A stretch of 64,000 bases of DNA from Elusimicrobiota bacterium (GCA_027340875.1 DAIENX010000038.1:1-64000), one strand, 5' to 3'; shown: positions 10,373 through 20,843, numbered from the stretch's first letter. Numbers and translations: made by a program. The notes: generated by a model from the sequence alone, not told the origin.

Positions 10373-10475
10373 ATTCCTTAAATAGCTCGCTAACGCTCGC
10401 ATGTCGCCCGCTTTTTTAGCAACAGGCACTATTTCAAATAAACCTTCCTTGAAAACATAGTTCCATTAAAAGACC

Positions 10476-10997
10476 ATGACGAAATCAAAAATCTTCTGGG
10501 CCGCCTCGGCGCTTCTAAGCCTGGCCCTGATGGCCTTCGCAGGCTATTCCATCTACGAGCGCATCACCCTGCATTTCTCCGGAGATACCATAGAGGTCCA
10601 TCCCGTACCGATGCCTCCGCCGCAGGAAGAGGAAGCGGAAACCGATGAGACTCCGGAAAAGGCGCCCCAGCCGGACAAGAAAGAGGAAAAGAAGGAAGAA
10701 CCCAAAGCCGCCAAGGCCGCCGAGCCGCTCAAAGCCGAGCCGCAGCGGGTCAAGGCCGTAAAGACGCAGTTCACCTACAAGGACGCCAAGGCCAAGTCGG
10801 TAGAGATAGCCGGCAGCTTCACCTCCTGGAAGCCGAAGAAGATGTCCAGGAAGAACGGTGCGTGGGAGGCGTCGGTCTACATACTCCCCGGCACCTATCC
10901 CTACCATTTCATAGTGGACGGGAAACAGAAGACAGACCCCGGAAAACCCAAGGCGCCTACGGGCGACTCCCTGGTCAAAGTGGAAAGTCCGAATTAA
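10476..10997 (+). CDS. membrane-anchored protein with C-terminal glycogen-binding (AMPK-beta/CBM48-like) domain
   Basis: N-terminal TM, P/E/K linker, then AKSVEIAGSFTSW...PGTYPYHFIVDG. Confidence 0.82.
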   Translation: MTKSKIFWAASALLSLALMAFAGYSIYERITLHFSGDTIEVHPVPMPPPQEEEAETDETPEKAPQPDKKEEKKEEPKAAKAAEPLKAEPQRVKAVKTQFTYKDAKAKSVEIAGSFTSWKPKKMSRKNGAWEASVYILPGTYPYHFIVDGKQKTDPGKPKAPTGDSLVKVESPN

Positions 10998-11051
10998 AAT
11001 TTAGTTAACAATCCTGTAACAGGTTTCAGCTAGACTATATCGGGTTAAGTT

Positions 11052-14000
11052 ATGGATTCCAGAAAACTCCAGGCCCTTTTACTGCTGTCCGCGGCGATGC
11101 TGGCTCCGCGGCCGGCCTCCGCCGCGTTCACGGCGAGGCACAGCCATGCCGTCACGCTGCTGCCCGAAGGCAACGTTCTGATCTCCGGCGGCCGCACCGG
11201 CGCCAACACCGCGACGGACAGCGTCCAGACTTACGACATGGCCACCAACACCTACGTCGACTGGACCGCGGGAGGAGGAGGGGACGGCGGACTGGTCGTG
11301 GCCCGCTCCTCTCATACGGCCACGCTGATGTCGGACGGCCGGGTACTGATAGCCGGCGGCTTCGGCAGCAACGGCCAGCCTGTCCCGGTGGCTAGCTCCT
11401 ACGAGATCTGCGATCCCAAGACCCGCTCCTGCGCCGCAGCCGGGGTAAGCGCCAAGGCGCTGCGAGGCGGCCATACGGCCACCCTGCTCTCCACCGGCAT
11501 CAACGCCGGAAAGGTCCTGCTCTGCGGAGGCCAGTCCGGCTCCGCGATGACGACTATCACTGATACCTGCGAGACCTTCAGCGCCGGCGCGGCCGTAGCC
11601 TGGGCAGGCTCGATGGTCGCCCCGCGCGAGGGCCACACTGCCACTCTGATGCGCGGAGGCCGCGTCTTCGTCTCGGGCGGCAGGCGCTTCAGCGGCGCCT
11701 GGCTCTACGAGCCGATGAACGAGATGTACGATCCGGCGGCCGACACCTGGACCCCGGTCTCCTCCCTGTTGCAGGGCAGGATCAACCATACGGCCACCGT
11801 CCTGAACAACGGGACCGTGCTGATAGCCGGCGGTTATAACGGCAACAACATGCTCTACTGCCAGGCCACGAGCGCGAACAGCCTGGAGGACGACTGCTGG
11901 TACCTGCGCAACCTGCCTAACACTCTGGACCAGAACGACGGCACGCAGGGCTTCGTGGACGGCGCCGAATATTTCGACCAGAACGGCGCCCGCGTGGCCA
12001 TTCAGGAGAAGAACTACGGCGAAATGCCCTACCGCGTGGCCTCGCAATCCGCCGTGCTGGAGACCGACGGGCGCGCGCGCCTGCACGGCGGCTACGGCAA
12101 CATCTTCCCTACCTTCTTCCAGTACTCGCCTTCCCTGGACGCCACCACCGTCATCTACCTCACGCGCGTCGGTCCCAGTTCGGCCACCGTCAACAGCGGC
12201 ACCAGCAACATCAGTTTCCCGCTCTCGATCAGCCTTGTCAGACCGGTATCCGGCCGCCTGACCAACGCCGATATCTTCATCTCCGGGCCGCAGGACTCCA
12301 CGAGCCCCTCCTTCAGCCTGGAGAACGTGAAGTTCACCCTCTCCAGGTCCACGGTGCAGGCGGACGGCAAGGCCGTGGGCACGCTGCTCGGGAGCGCCTA
12401 TAAGCCCGGTGATTTCTCCGCCACGGTCTCGCTGCTGAACCCCAACGGCGTCGCCCAGTTCGCTCCGCTCCAAGTGACTTCCGGAGGGGACACCAACCCG
12501 ACCACTGCCATAACCTCCACGCTGACCATCACGGGAGGGCAGGTCGCTCCGACGGCGAGCGCGAACGTCAGCGGCAGCATCTACACCAATGTCTCTTTAC
12601 TGCTGCCGGACATCTATCGCGGCGGCATAGAGGGTACGGCCACCCTGCAGTCCGGCTCCATCGTCAACGACACCAACAAGAACTTCGTGATAGAGTTCAA
12701 CAAGACCGGCAGCGCCTATTTCATCATAGGCGCGCCCACCTCCTGCGACCCCACCCAGCAGACCTGCGAATTCACCGGCCAGCTGACCTTCAGCGGCATA
12801 ACCGGCAAGGTAACCAACAACAACGCACTGGACAGCTACACCACCTTCTATTCTCCGATAGGCGTCTCCCTGGTCGGAGGGGAGAAGATCTCGCTCGGAC
12901 TGCAGCTCGACTTCACGGCCAATCAGGTCAACATCCTCGACCGCGCCCCCACCTACAACTTTGACAGGTCCTCGGCCGTGGTCCGCGGCATGATCTTCAG
13001 CTCCGAGTACGCGTACTCCCCGAAAGACAATGCGTGGAGCGACCTCACCAAGACCGGGGAGAACCCGACGCTCTCCGCGCCCGTCTTCAACCACACCGCC
13101 CTCTACACTCCGGCCGCGGATACCCCGATAATAGGCGGCAGGAACTGCGAGAACGCGCCCGCCGCGGACTGCCTGCGTACCGCTTGGAACTTCCAGGCGG
13201 TCGCCGGAGGGGGGGTGTTCATCCCGGTCTATGTGGGAGCCGACGGTTCGACCTCCTGGCCTTCCGGTCCAAAACTCACCGCACAGAGGGCCTTCCACAC
13301 CAGCACCTTGCTGCCGGACGGCAACATATTGACCTGCGGAGGTTCCGACGGTTCCAGACCTCTTTCCTCCTGCGAGCTGATGAACCTGGTACTGAAAACG
13401 TCCAGCGCCACGGCCTCGATGAACATGCCCCGGGCCAACCATACCGCCACTCTGCTGCCCAACGGCAACGTGCTCGTGGCTGGCGGCATCTCTCCGCTGG
13501 GAGTGGCCATCAGTTCGGCCGAGATCTTCTACCCGGACACACAGCGCTGGGTACCTACCAGCTCGATGGCCTACCCGAGGCAGCTCCATACAGCCACACT
13601 GATGCCGGACGGGAACGTGCTGGTAGCCGGCGGCGCCACCTCAAGCACCTATTCCGCTACGGCCGAGATCTACATAACCTCCACTTCGTACTGGATCAGG
13701 GTCGGGGACATGGCGAACGGCCGCGCGGAGCACACCGCCACGTTACTGAAGAACGGCAACGTGCTGGTGACAGGCGGCGTAAACGGCTTCGGCCCCACGA
13801 AGACCACCGAGGTGTTCAACTATACCGTCAGGACCTTCACGCCAGGGGCAAACCTTCATTATGCCCGCTACGATCATACCGCCACGCTGCTCAGGGACGG
13901 CTATGTGCTGGTGGCGGGCGGCTCCAACGCGTCCGACGCACTGGCCTATACGGAACTCTACGACGGGTCCGCCTGGACCGACGGTCCGGACATGAACTAC

Positions 14001-16832
14001 AACAGGTCCAACCACAGGGCGCTTCTGATGCCCAACGGCAAGGTAATGGTCACCGGCGGAGAGATGCGCGGCACGGCCCAGACCACCCCGGAGAGCTTCG
14101 ATCCAGACTACCGCAGCTGGAACAATCAGGGCTCGATGAACTCCGGCAGGATACATCACACTTCCGTACTGACCAAGGACAACGAGGTGATCAACCTCGG
14201 CGGCTGGAGCGGCGGCGGCTTCCTGGACACCACCGACGCCATCCCGTTCAACTTTACTCCAGACATGTCCGGCCTGCCGGCCGAAACGGACCGCCGCCCG
14301 ACCATCTCCACCGGCACCGCGTACTTCGACCGCGCCGGCTACGCCACGCTCCTCAGCAACACCTCCAACTTCCACGGCATAACCGAGGCTTCCGGCGGCG
14401 GGTCCGGCCCGATGAACTCCTCCTACAGCAACCCGCGCGTATACATGCAGCAGCTGGACAATCCGAGCGGCTTCATCATAGATCTCTCGACCAGGATCTA
14501 CTCCTCGTACGGAAGCCCCAACTCCAGCTGGGATAAGACCCTTTCCTCCATCACTATCATTACCCCCAGCCTGCCGGGAGTCATGCCGCACGGCTGGTAC
14601 AACGTGCGCGTAGCCGCCAACGGTTCCTTCTCCGACGGCTATACCGTGCAGGTCACTACGCCGCGGCCTAACGGCACTCCGGCCAACGTAGCCGGCACGG
14701 TCCTGGGGACCAGCTCCATCACCTGGTCCTGGGACCGGGGCAGCATCCCCTTGGGCGGCGCCGACGGCTACAACATCTACGCGGCCAGCAACAGCGTCTT
14801 CATAGCCACCGCCTCCTTCAACAACGGCAACCCGGTGACCTACACCCAGACGGGCATGGCTCCGAATACCAGGGCCTCCATCATGGTCTCTCCGTTCAAC
14901 GTGGGCGGGCGCGGTTCGCTCGCCTACTCCGCCACCTACTACACGCTCGCGGCGGCCCCGGCTTCGCTGAGGATAAACTCCGCCAGCTTCGAGAATGCGG
15001 ACCTGGAATGGTCGGGCAGCGGGAACTCCGGCCTGACTATCTACGAGGTCTCCATGTCGCCAGCCAAGAGCCCGCAGTTCTCCGACCCGCTGGCCATCTC
15101 CACGCCGGTGCCGTTCAGCGTGAACTACCTCAGCACCTCCACCGTGATAGGCTCGCTGTCCGCCAACCAGCTCTACGACTTCCGCGTCAGGGCCATGAAC
15201 GGGTCCGGCCAGCCTACGGTCTTCTCCAACTACGCCTCCACGGTGACGGTCAGCGGCGTCAACAACTTCACCGGCCAGGCCCTCAGCAGCTCCACGATCA
15301 ACTGGTCCTGGGACGAGTCCCTCGGCGCGACCTACTACGAGATCTACGACGTGGCCGCCGGCACCGAGACCGCGCCGGTCTTCGTCGGTTCGACCACGGC
15401 GAACAACTATTCGCAGACGGGCCTGCTGGCCAACCGCAAATATATCTCGGTGGTCAACGCCATCAACGACACCTCCGGCTTCGGCCCTATACGGGGTCCG
15501 ATCTCCGGCTCGGTCGGGGTCTACACGCTGACCGTGCAGCCCCTGCCCGGCGTGCCGAACGTGTTCACCAACATCACGACCGGCACCATCACCGCCAACT
15601 GGATAACGAACGGCAACTCCACCTGGACCGTCTACAACGTATACCTGTCCTCCGCGGCGACGCTGGACATGTCGACCGGGACCATCAACCAGGCCACATA
15701 TTCAGGTTCGGCCACCTTCGCCACGCTCTCGCCGAACATCCAGTACCACTGCACGCTGGTCCCCGTCAACGGGGACGGCATACAGGGCACCGCGATGGAC
15801 CTTGGCGCCAAGTTCACGCTGGCCAGGGTGCCTGCCAGCCTCACGCCTGACCAGATCTCCATGTCGGGCATACATCTCACCTGGGACCCGGTGGACAATT
15901 CCACGGGGACCATCTACGAGCTTCGCAGCTCCACCAGCGAGCTATTCGCGGACCCGGTAACCACTCATATACCGTTCGCCTACTATTACAAGGACACCTC
16001 GGCCCTGGTCACCGGACTGCTGACCGCCACCAGCTATTATTTCGACGTGGCCGCCCGCAACGGCGAAAGCGTCACCACGGCGCGCAAGCTCGCGGTGGTG
16101 GCCTATACCACGGCCGGGCCTTCCGGAGCCCCTTCAGGGTCCGTGGGCGGCACCAGCGACCCGGCAAAGAGCGCCACGATATCCGGCACCCTTCCGGACA
16201 ACAGGGCCGTCTCGCTCAGCGTGCCGGCCGGAGCCTTCCCCGCCGCCACGGCGATCGCCATCTCGTCCTCGGTCAAGAACCCCTGCGGCTATCAGCCCGG
16301 CGGCCAGTCGGTGGCGGTGGAGGTCTTCTCCCAGAACGGCGCGCAGCCGATGGAGCCCGTCACGCTGACCCTCTGGTTCAACAGCGACCCGGGCAAGAAC
16401 ACGATAATCTCCGACCAGGCGAAACTCGTCCTGGCACGCTACAACCCCGACTCGGGACAGTGCCTGCCGCTCGAGACCGAGGTCAACGTGGGAGCCCGCA
16501 CCATCACCGCGACCCTCAACCACTTCAGCCTCTTCCAGCTGATCATGCGCACGGCGGCCTCCGGCCTGAGCAACGTGCTGGTCTACCCGAACCCCTTCTA
16601 CCCCAACCGCGGCCAGGGCTTCGTCACGATAGACCGGATCCCGGCCAATTCGAAGGTGCGCATCTACACACTTTCCGGCGATAAGGTCTGGGACACCACC
16701 GCGGGCAGCACCGGCGTGGTGATCTGGAAGGGCGTCAACAAATCCGGGAACCTGGTCGCCAGCGGCATCTATCTGGCCGTGATAGATTCCAGCGCCGGGA
16801 AGAAAGTCCTGAAGATAGCGGTGGAAAGGTAA
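11052..16832 (+). CDS. giant secreted kelch-repeat / fibronectin-III protein with C-terminal YPNPF (T9SS-CTD/FlgD-like) domain
   Basis: Signal peptide; many HTATLLxxGxVLxAGG kelch repeats; FN3-like W...Y repeats; C-terminus VYPNPF...IYTLSG...WKG...ASGIYL. Confidence 0.85.
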   Translation: MDSRKLQALLLLSAAMLAPRPASAAFTARHSHAVTLLPEGNVLISGGRTGANTATDSVQTYDMATNTYVDWTAGGGGDGGLVVARSSHTATLMSDGRVLIAGGFGSNGQPVPVASSYEICDPKTRSCAAAGVSAKALRGGHTATLLSTGINAGKVLLCGGQSGSAMTTITDTCETFSAGAAVAWAGSMVAPREGHTATLMRGGRVFVSGGRRFSGAWLYEPMNEMYDPAADTWTPVSSLLQGRINHTATVLNNGTVLIAGGYNGNNMLYCQATSANSLEDDCWYLRNLPNTLDQNDGTQGFVDGAEYFDQNGARVAIQEKNYGEMPYRVASQSAVLETDGRARLHGGYGNIFPTFFQYSPSLDATTVIYLTRVGPSSATVNSGTSNISFPLSISLVRPVSGRLTNADIFISGPQDSTSPSFSLENVKFTLSRSTVQADGKAVGTLLGSAYKPGDFSATVSLLNPNGVAQFAPLQVTSGGDTNPTTAITSTLTITGGQVAPTASANVSGSIYTNVSLLLPDIYRGGIEGTATLQSGSIVNDTNKNFVIEFNKTGSAYFIIGAPTSCDPTQQTCEFTGQLTFSGITGKVTNNNALDSYTTFYSPIGVSLVGGEKISLGLQLDFTANQVNILDRAPTYNFDRSSAVVRGMIFSSEYAYSPKDNAWSDLTKTGENPTLSAPVFNHTALYTPAADTPIIGGRNCENAPAADCLRTAWNFQAVAGGGVFIPVYVGADGSTSWPSGPKLTAQRAFHTSTLLPDGNILTCGGSDGSRPLSSCELMNLVLKTSSATASMNMPRANHTATLLPNGNVLVAGGISPLGVAISSAEIFYPDTQRWVPTSSMAYPRQLHTATLMPDGNVLVAGGATSSTYSATAEIYITSTSYWIRVGDMANGRAEHTATLLKNGNVLVTGGVNGFGPTKTTEVFNYTVRTFTPGANLHYARYDHTATLLRDGYVLVAGGSNASDALAYTELYDGSAWTDGPDMNYNRSNHRALLMPNGKVMVTGGEMRGTAQTTPESFDPDYRSWNNQGSMNSGRIHHTSVLTKDNEVINLGGWSGGGFLDTTDAIPFNFTPDMSGLPAETDRRPTISTGTAYFDRAGYATLLSNTSNFHGITEASGGGSGPMNSSYSNPRVYMQQLDNPSGFIIDLSTRIYSSYGSPNSSWDKTLSSITIITPSLPGVMPHGWYNVRVAANGSFSDGYTVQVTTPRPNGTPANVAGTVLGTSSITWSWDRGSIPLGGADGYNIYAASNSVFIATASFNNGNPVTYTQTGMAPNTRASIMVSPFNVGGRGSLAYSATYYTLAAAPASLRINSASFENADLEWSGSGNSGLTIYEVSMSPAKSPQFSDPLAISTPVPFSVNYLSTSTVIGSLSANQLYDFRVRAMNGSGQPTVFSNYASTVTVSGVNNFTGQALSSSTINWSWDESLGATYYEIYDVAAGTETAPVFVGSTTANNYSQTGLLANRKYISVVNAINDTSGFGPIRGPISGSVGVYTLTVQPLPGVPNVFTNITTGTITANWITNGNSTWTVYNVYLSSAATLDMSTGTINQATYSGSATFATLSPNIQYHCTLVPVNGDGIQGTAMDLGAKFTLARVPASLTPDQISMSGIHLTWDPVDNSTGTIYELRSSTSELFADPVTTHIPFAYYYKDTSALVTGLLTATSYYFDVAARNGESVTTARKLAVVAYTTAGPSGAPSGSVGGTSDPAKSATISGTLPDNRAVSLSVPAGAFPAATAIAISSSVKNPCGYQPGGQSVAVEVFSQNGAQPMEPVTLTLWFNSDPGKNTIISDQAKLVLARYNPDSGQCLPLETEVNVGARTITATLNHFSLFQLIMRTAASGLSNVLVYPNPFYPNRGQGFVTIDRIPANSKVRIYTLSGDKVWDTTAGSTGVVIWKGVNKSGNLVASGIYLAVIDSSAGKKVLKIAVER

Positions 16833-16835
16833 GCT

Positions 16836-17879
16836 ATGAGAACGCTCCACGCCATCAGAACGCTCTCCGCCCTGGCCCTGCTGCTGGCCTCGGCCGCCGC
16901 GCCGCTGCGCGCCCTGGAGGACCCCCGCTACTTCTCCAAGAAGGCGGTCGGCACCACTACGGCGGACTTTCTCAATCTCTCCGTGGGAGCCAGGGCGGCC
17001 GCCATGGCCGGCGCCTATACCGCGGTCAGCGAGGAGGCCTCCGCCGTCTACTGGAACCCGGCCGGCCTGGTGCAGATACCCAAGCTCTCCGCGGTCTTCA
17101 TGCGCGCGCAGTACCTGGAGGACATCAGCTACCAGTACGCGGCCTACGCGCACCGCCTCTCCTACGATTCCGTGCTGGCCGGTTCGGTCATGCTGACCGA
17201 CATAGGCTCGATAACCGAGACCGACATCTCCGGCAACACGCTGGGCAGCTTCACCCCGAAGGACCAGGTCTTCACCCTCTCCTACAGCAAGGCCATCCTG
17301 GAATTCTCCGACAAGGACATAGACGTCTCGGTCGGCGTCTCGGCCAAGTACCTGCGCTCGCAGATCGTCCATTCCGCGAAGGCCTACGCCGGGGACATCG
17401 GCGTGATGACGTACAACTTCTCCGACATTCCGTACCGCCTGGCCGTTACGGCCACGAACATGGGCGGCGGCCTTTCGTTCGACCAGGAGTCCAACCCGAT
17501 ACCGCTGACCTTCAAGCTGGGCGCGGCGGTAAACCCGTTCCGCAACTTCCTGGTGGCCACGGATTTCGTGATGCCGAAGCACAATTCGCCCAGCATGCGC
17601 CTGGGCGCGGAGCTGGCCACTACTCCCAACGAGCTCACCCGCCTGTGCGTGCGCGCGGGCCTCGACAGCCAGCGCCTGCGCGACAGCCTCGGCGGCTTCA
17701 CGATGGGCGTCGGCGCCACGCTGCACTTCTTCAGCCTGGACTACGCGTTCGTGCCGATGGGCGAACTCGGCTCCACGCACAGGATCTCGCTCACCTTCGA
17801 CTTCCCGTTCCGCAGCCCCATCTTCCAGCGGCGCGACCGGACCATCTTCACGAAGATGAAGGGCATCTCGTTCAAATAG
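16836..17879 (+). CDS. PorV/PorQ family outer-membrane beta-barrel protein
   Basis: FLNLSVGARAAAMAGAYTA...AVYWNPAGL; C-terminal LDYAFVPMGELGSTHRISL. Confidence 0.85.
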   Translation: MRTLHAIRTLSALALLLASAAAPLRALEDPRYFSKKAVGTTTADFLNLSVGARAAAMAGAYTAVSEEASAVYWNPAGLVQIPKLSAVFMRAQYLEDISYQYAAYAHRLSYDSVLAGSVMLTDIGSITETDISGNTLGSFTPKDQVFTLSYSKAILEFSDKDIDVSVGVSAKYLRSQIVHSAKAYAGDIGVMTYNFSDIPYRLAVTATNMGGGLSFDQESNPIPLTFKLGAAVNPFRNFLVATDFVMPKHNSPSMRLGAELATTPNELTRLCVRAGLDSQRLRDSLGGFTMGVGATLHFFSLDYAFVPMGELGSTHRISLTFDFPFRSPIFQRRDRTIFTKMKGISFK

Positions 17880-17898
17880 AGCGGTCTTGCCTTGACGT

Positions 17899-17927
17899 AA
17901 AAAGGGGCCTGGAACGGCCCCTTTTTT
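17899..17927 (+). terminator. Rho-independent (likely bidirectional) terminator
   Basis: aaaaaggggcc-tggaac-ggcccctttttt. Confidence 0.8.
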
Positions 17928-17942
17928 CCGGCTTCCCGGCCG

Positions 17943-17971
17943 TTGACACGCCGGGGCGAATAATATAGATT
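17943..17971 (+). promoter_or_regulatory. sigma70-type promoter for speD-speE
   Basis: TTGACA-N17-TAGATT just upstream of speD. Confidence 0.55.
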
Positions 17972-17988
17972 ATTAAACCGGAAAAACC

Positions 17989-18342
17989 ATGAAGGCGCTA
18001 GGACAGCATCTCGTACTGGAACTCTACGGCTGCAACGCCGGGGTGATCTCGTCGGTCCCGAACGTGCAGGAGGCGATGGTAAAGGCGGCCAGGGCGGCCG
18101 ACGCCACCATCATAGATTCCATCTTCCACCATTTCAAGCCTCACGGCGTTTCCGGGGTAGTCGTCATAGCCGAATCCCATTTCGCCATACATACCTGGCC
18201 CGAGCACGCCTACGCCTCCGTGGACCTCTACACCTGCGGCGCCAAGACCAGGCCCTGGGAGGCCTTCAAGGTACTTAAGAAGCTCTTCAAGGCCTCGCAC
18301 TTCAGCGTGATGAAGCTGGAAAGGGGGCTGCTGCCGGGCTAG
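17989..18342 (+). CDS. speD: S-adenosylmethionine decarboxylase proenzyme
   Basis: GQHLVLELYGC, GVSGVVVIAESHFAIHTWPE (E-S self-cleavage site), DLYTCG. Confidence 0.95.
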   Translation: MKALGQHLVLELYGCNAGVISSVPNVQEAMVKAARAADATIIDSIFHHFKPHGVSGVVVIAESHFAIHTWPEHAYASVDLYTCGAKTRPWEAFKVLKKLFKASHFSVMKLERGLLPG

Positions 18343-18398
18343 GCCGTCCGAGGAGCCAGCTCCTGATACTGCCCATAGTCTAGCCAGGCGCCACCGCC

Positions 18399-19367
18399 AT
18401 GAAGGAAAAGTTCGACTGGATAAAGGCCTCCGGCCGCGTGCTCCCGAAAGGGAAATGGTTCGTGGAGTTCTTCACTCCCGGCGAGCTGCACGCGCACCGT
18501 TCGCTCGAGGTGCTGGAGACCTCCTCCACCGCTTTCCAGGACGCCGCCCTGATCAGGACCCACACCTTCGGCAAGGTGCTGGTGCTGGACGGGGAGACGC
18601 AGTCCAGCGAGTACGACGAGGCCTTCTACCACGAGTCGCTGGTCTACCCCGCCCTGCTGGCCAGCAGGGCGCCGAGGACGGCGCTGATACTCGGCGGGGG
18701 GGAAGGGGCCACCGCGAGGGACATACTCAACGACCGCGGCATGCGCATGGTGGTCATGGCGGACATCGACTACAATATCCTCCGCTTCGCCGCGAAGCAC
18801 CTGACGCCATGGCACCGGGGTTCGTTCTCCGACCCGCGCCTGCGCCTGCTGGCGCAGGACGCCAGGAAGTACGTGCAGTCGACCTCGACGAAGTTCGACC
18901 TGATCTATTCCGACCTCCCCAGCCCGGTGGAGGGCGGCCCCGCGGTAGCGCTCTACACGCTGGAGTTCTACCGCCGCCTCAAGAGGATACTGAAGCCGGG
19001 CGGCGTCTTCACAGTGCAGGCCGGGCCCGGCACCCCGCTGCAGTTCGAGCTGCACCCGGCCATAAAGAACACTCTCGCGAAGGTCTTCCGCCACGTCGGG
19101 AGCTATTCCACCTTCGTGCCCTCTTACGACATGCCCTGGACCTTCCTCTACTGCACCGACGATGCGTCCAAGGCCCCCGCCAGACTCTCGGCCGCGGCGC
19201 TCGACAGGGCGGCGGCGGCGCGCCTGCGCAAACCCCTCAGATTCTCGGACGGAGAGACCATAACCGGGGCCTTCAGCCTGCCCAGGTACTACAGGGACAG
19301 GATCAAGGCCAGCCGGGCTGTGATAACGGAAGCGCGGCCGGTGTTCTTCAGCACCTCGCAGCGCTGA
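18399..19367 (+). CDS. speE: spermidine synthase (polyamine aminopropyltransferase)
   Basis: FGKVLVLDG, YHESLV, ALILGGGEGATARD; adjacent to speD. Confidence 0.92.
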   Translation: MKEKFDWIKASGRVLPKGKWFVEFFTPGELHAHRSLEVLETSSTAFQDAALIRTHTFGKVLVLDGETQSSEYDEAFYHESLVYPALLASRAPRTALILGGGEGATARDILNDRGMRMVVMADIDYNILRFAAKHLTPWHRGSFSDPRLRLLAQDARKYVQSTSTKFDLIYSDLPSPVEGGPAVALYTLEFYRRLKRILKPGGVFTVQAGPGTPLQFELHPAIKNTLAKVFRHVGSYSTFVPSYDMPWTFLYCTDDASKAPARLSAAALDRAAAARLRKPLRFSDGETITGAFSLPRYYRDRIKASRAVITEARPVFFSTSQR

Positions 19368-19404
19368 GACCGGACCACTAAGCAGGCAGCGACGGAGAAT
19401 CGAT

Positions 19405-19887
19405 ATGAAAAAAACCAAGAAAGCTGAGAAAAAGGCGCCGGCGAAGAAGCCGGCCGCGAAGAAGCCGGCGGCTAAGAAGGCCGCCCCCAAGGCCAAGGCG
19501 CGCCCAACGGCGGCCAAAGCCCAGCCGGCCGCGGAGGCGCTGACGCGCCAGGAGCTGGCCGAGATAGCGACCTCGCTGAGCGAAATGAAGGCCGACATCT
19601 CCAAGAACGTCGAGGACAAAAAGAACATGGACCTCCTTGAACCGGAAGTAGGGGACTCCATAGACCAAGCCAGCCAGAGCCTGGACAAGGAGATACTCTT
19701 CGAGCTGTCCGACAACGAACGCCGCATCCTGCGCGACATAGACGCGGCGCTCAGGAAGATGGAAAAGGGCACCTACGGACTCTGCGAGCACTGCAAGAAG
19801 CCGATACAGAAGAAGCGCATAAAGGCGCTGCCTTCCGCGAGGTACTGCATGACCTGCCAGAGCGGCTCCGAGAAGAGCGGCGCCTGA
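19405..19887 (+). CDS. dksA: DksA/TraR family C4 zinc-finger protein with Lys/Ala-rich N-terminal tail
   Basis: DSIDQAS (DxxDxA), GTYGLCEHC...RYCMTCQ; PAAKK repeats. Confidence 0.85.
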   Translation: MKKTKKAEKKAPAKKPAAKKPAAKKAAPKAKARPTAAKAQPAAEALTRQELAEIATSLSEMKADISKNVEDKKNMDLLEPEVGDSIDQASQSLDKEILFELSDNERRILRDIDAALRKMEKGTYGLCEHCKKPIQKKRIKALPSARYCMTCQSGSEKSGA

Positions 19888-19903
19888 AGCCGGACCGGCC
19901 AAT

Positions 19904-19934
19904 AAAAAAGCCCCGCGGAAGCGGGGCTTTTTTT
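19904..19934. terminator. bidirectional Rho-independent terminator between convergent genes
   Basis: aaaaaagccccgc-ggaa-gcggggcttttttt. Confidence 0.88.
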
Positions 19935-19949
19935 GCTCCGGAAGCGCGG

Positions 19950-20843
19950 CTACGGCATTATGCCGGGAGGCGGAGGGGCGTCCACCTTGGAGACCACCTT
20001 CACGTCGCTCTTGCGCCAGTTCCGGGCCTTTGCCGTGATGATGAAGCGCCTGCCGTTCGATGAGATGACCAGCGAATCCGGCGAGAGGTTCTGATAGAGC
20101 TCCGCCCGCACCGCGTTGACGTTGCCGGTCAGGTCGGCGAGACGCCCCAGGTCCTCGGTATAGCGGCCGTTCTGCTTCATGTAGATATGTTCGAGCATAG
20201 CCAGCTTCGAGACGGTCGTCTGCGCCGCGCGTATCTGCTTCATCTCCGCAGGGGTGACCTTCAGCAGCGTGCTGTTCAGCCAGGTGCCCAGCAGGATGAC
20301 CAGCAGCCCCCAGGAAAAGGCCAGGACCAGCCCCTCTCCTAGGTCGCCGCGAGGCTTGATGCTTACGACCCTGCTGCCGGCCACGTAATCGTGCAGCGCC
20401 CTCTTGTCCCTGGTGAACAGCGCCATCAGGTAGCCTATGTTGAAAAGTGCGGAGCTGAGGAAATAGGCGCAGGCCCGGACCAGCGCCCTGAAGAAAGGAA
20501 GGTCCGAGCCGTCCGCGGCCCTCACCCTGATGTTCAGCAGGTATTTGCCCAGCGTGGCCCTGCCGCCGCTGGAGAAGACGGCCTCGTAGACTATGTACAG
20601 GCCCATCCAGAGGAACTTCCAGAGCCACTCGTTGCCGCGGGTGTAGGGGAAAAGGCCGGCCCTGACGGCCATCTTCAGCGTTATGAAGGTGATAAGGACG
20701 AACGGCAGCGCGTCGATGACATAGGCCACGAAGCGTTCGTTGAACCCGGCCGGCGCCGGGCCGCTCTCGGCCGGGGCCTGAACCTCCTCCTCCGCGCCCG
20801 GGATGGGGGGAAGCGGCTTGAACTCGAAGTCCTTGTATTCCAT
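19950..20843 (-). CDS. RDD family membrane protein with C-terminal pilin-like extension
   Basis: ERFVAYVID, ATLGKYLLNIRV, KRALHDYVAGSRV; ATG at 20843 preferred over TTG at 20864. Confidence 0.82.
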   Translation of the reverse strand: MEYKDFEFKPLPPIPGAEEEVQAPAESGPAPAGFNERFVAYVIDALPFVLITFITLKMAVRAGLFPYTRGNEWLWKFLWMGLYIVYEAVFSSGGRATLGKYLLNIRVRAADGSDLPFFRALVRACAYFLSSALFNIGYLMALFTRDKRALHDYVAGSRVVSIKPRGDLGEGLVLAFSWGLLVILLGTWLNSTLLKVTPAEMKQIRAAQTTVSKLAMLEHIYMKQNGRYTEDLGRLADLTGNVNAVRAELYQNLSPDSLVISSNGRRFIITAKARNWRKSDVKVVSKVDAPPPPGIMP

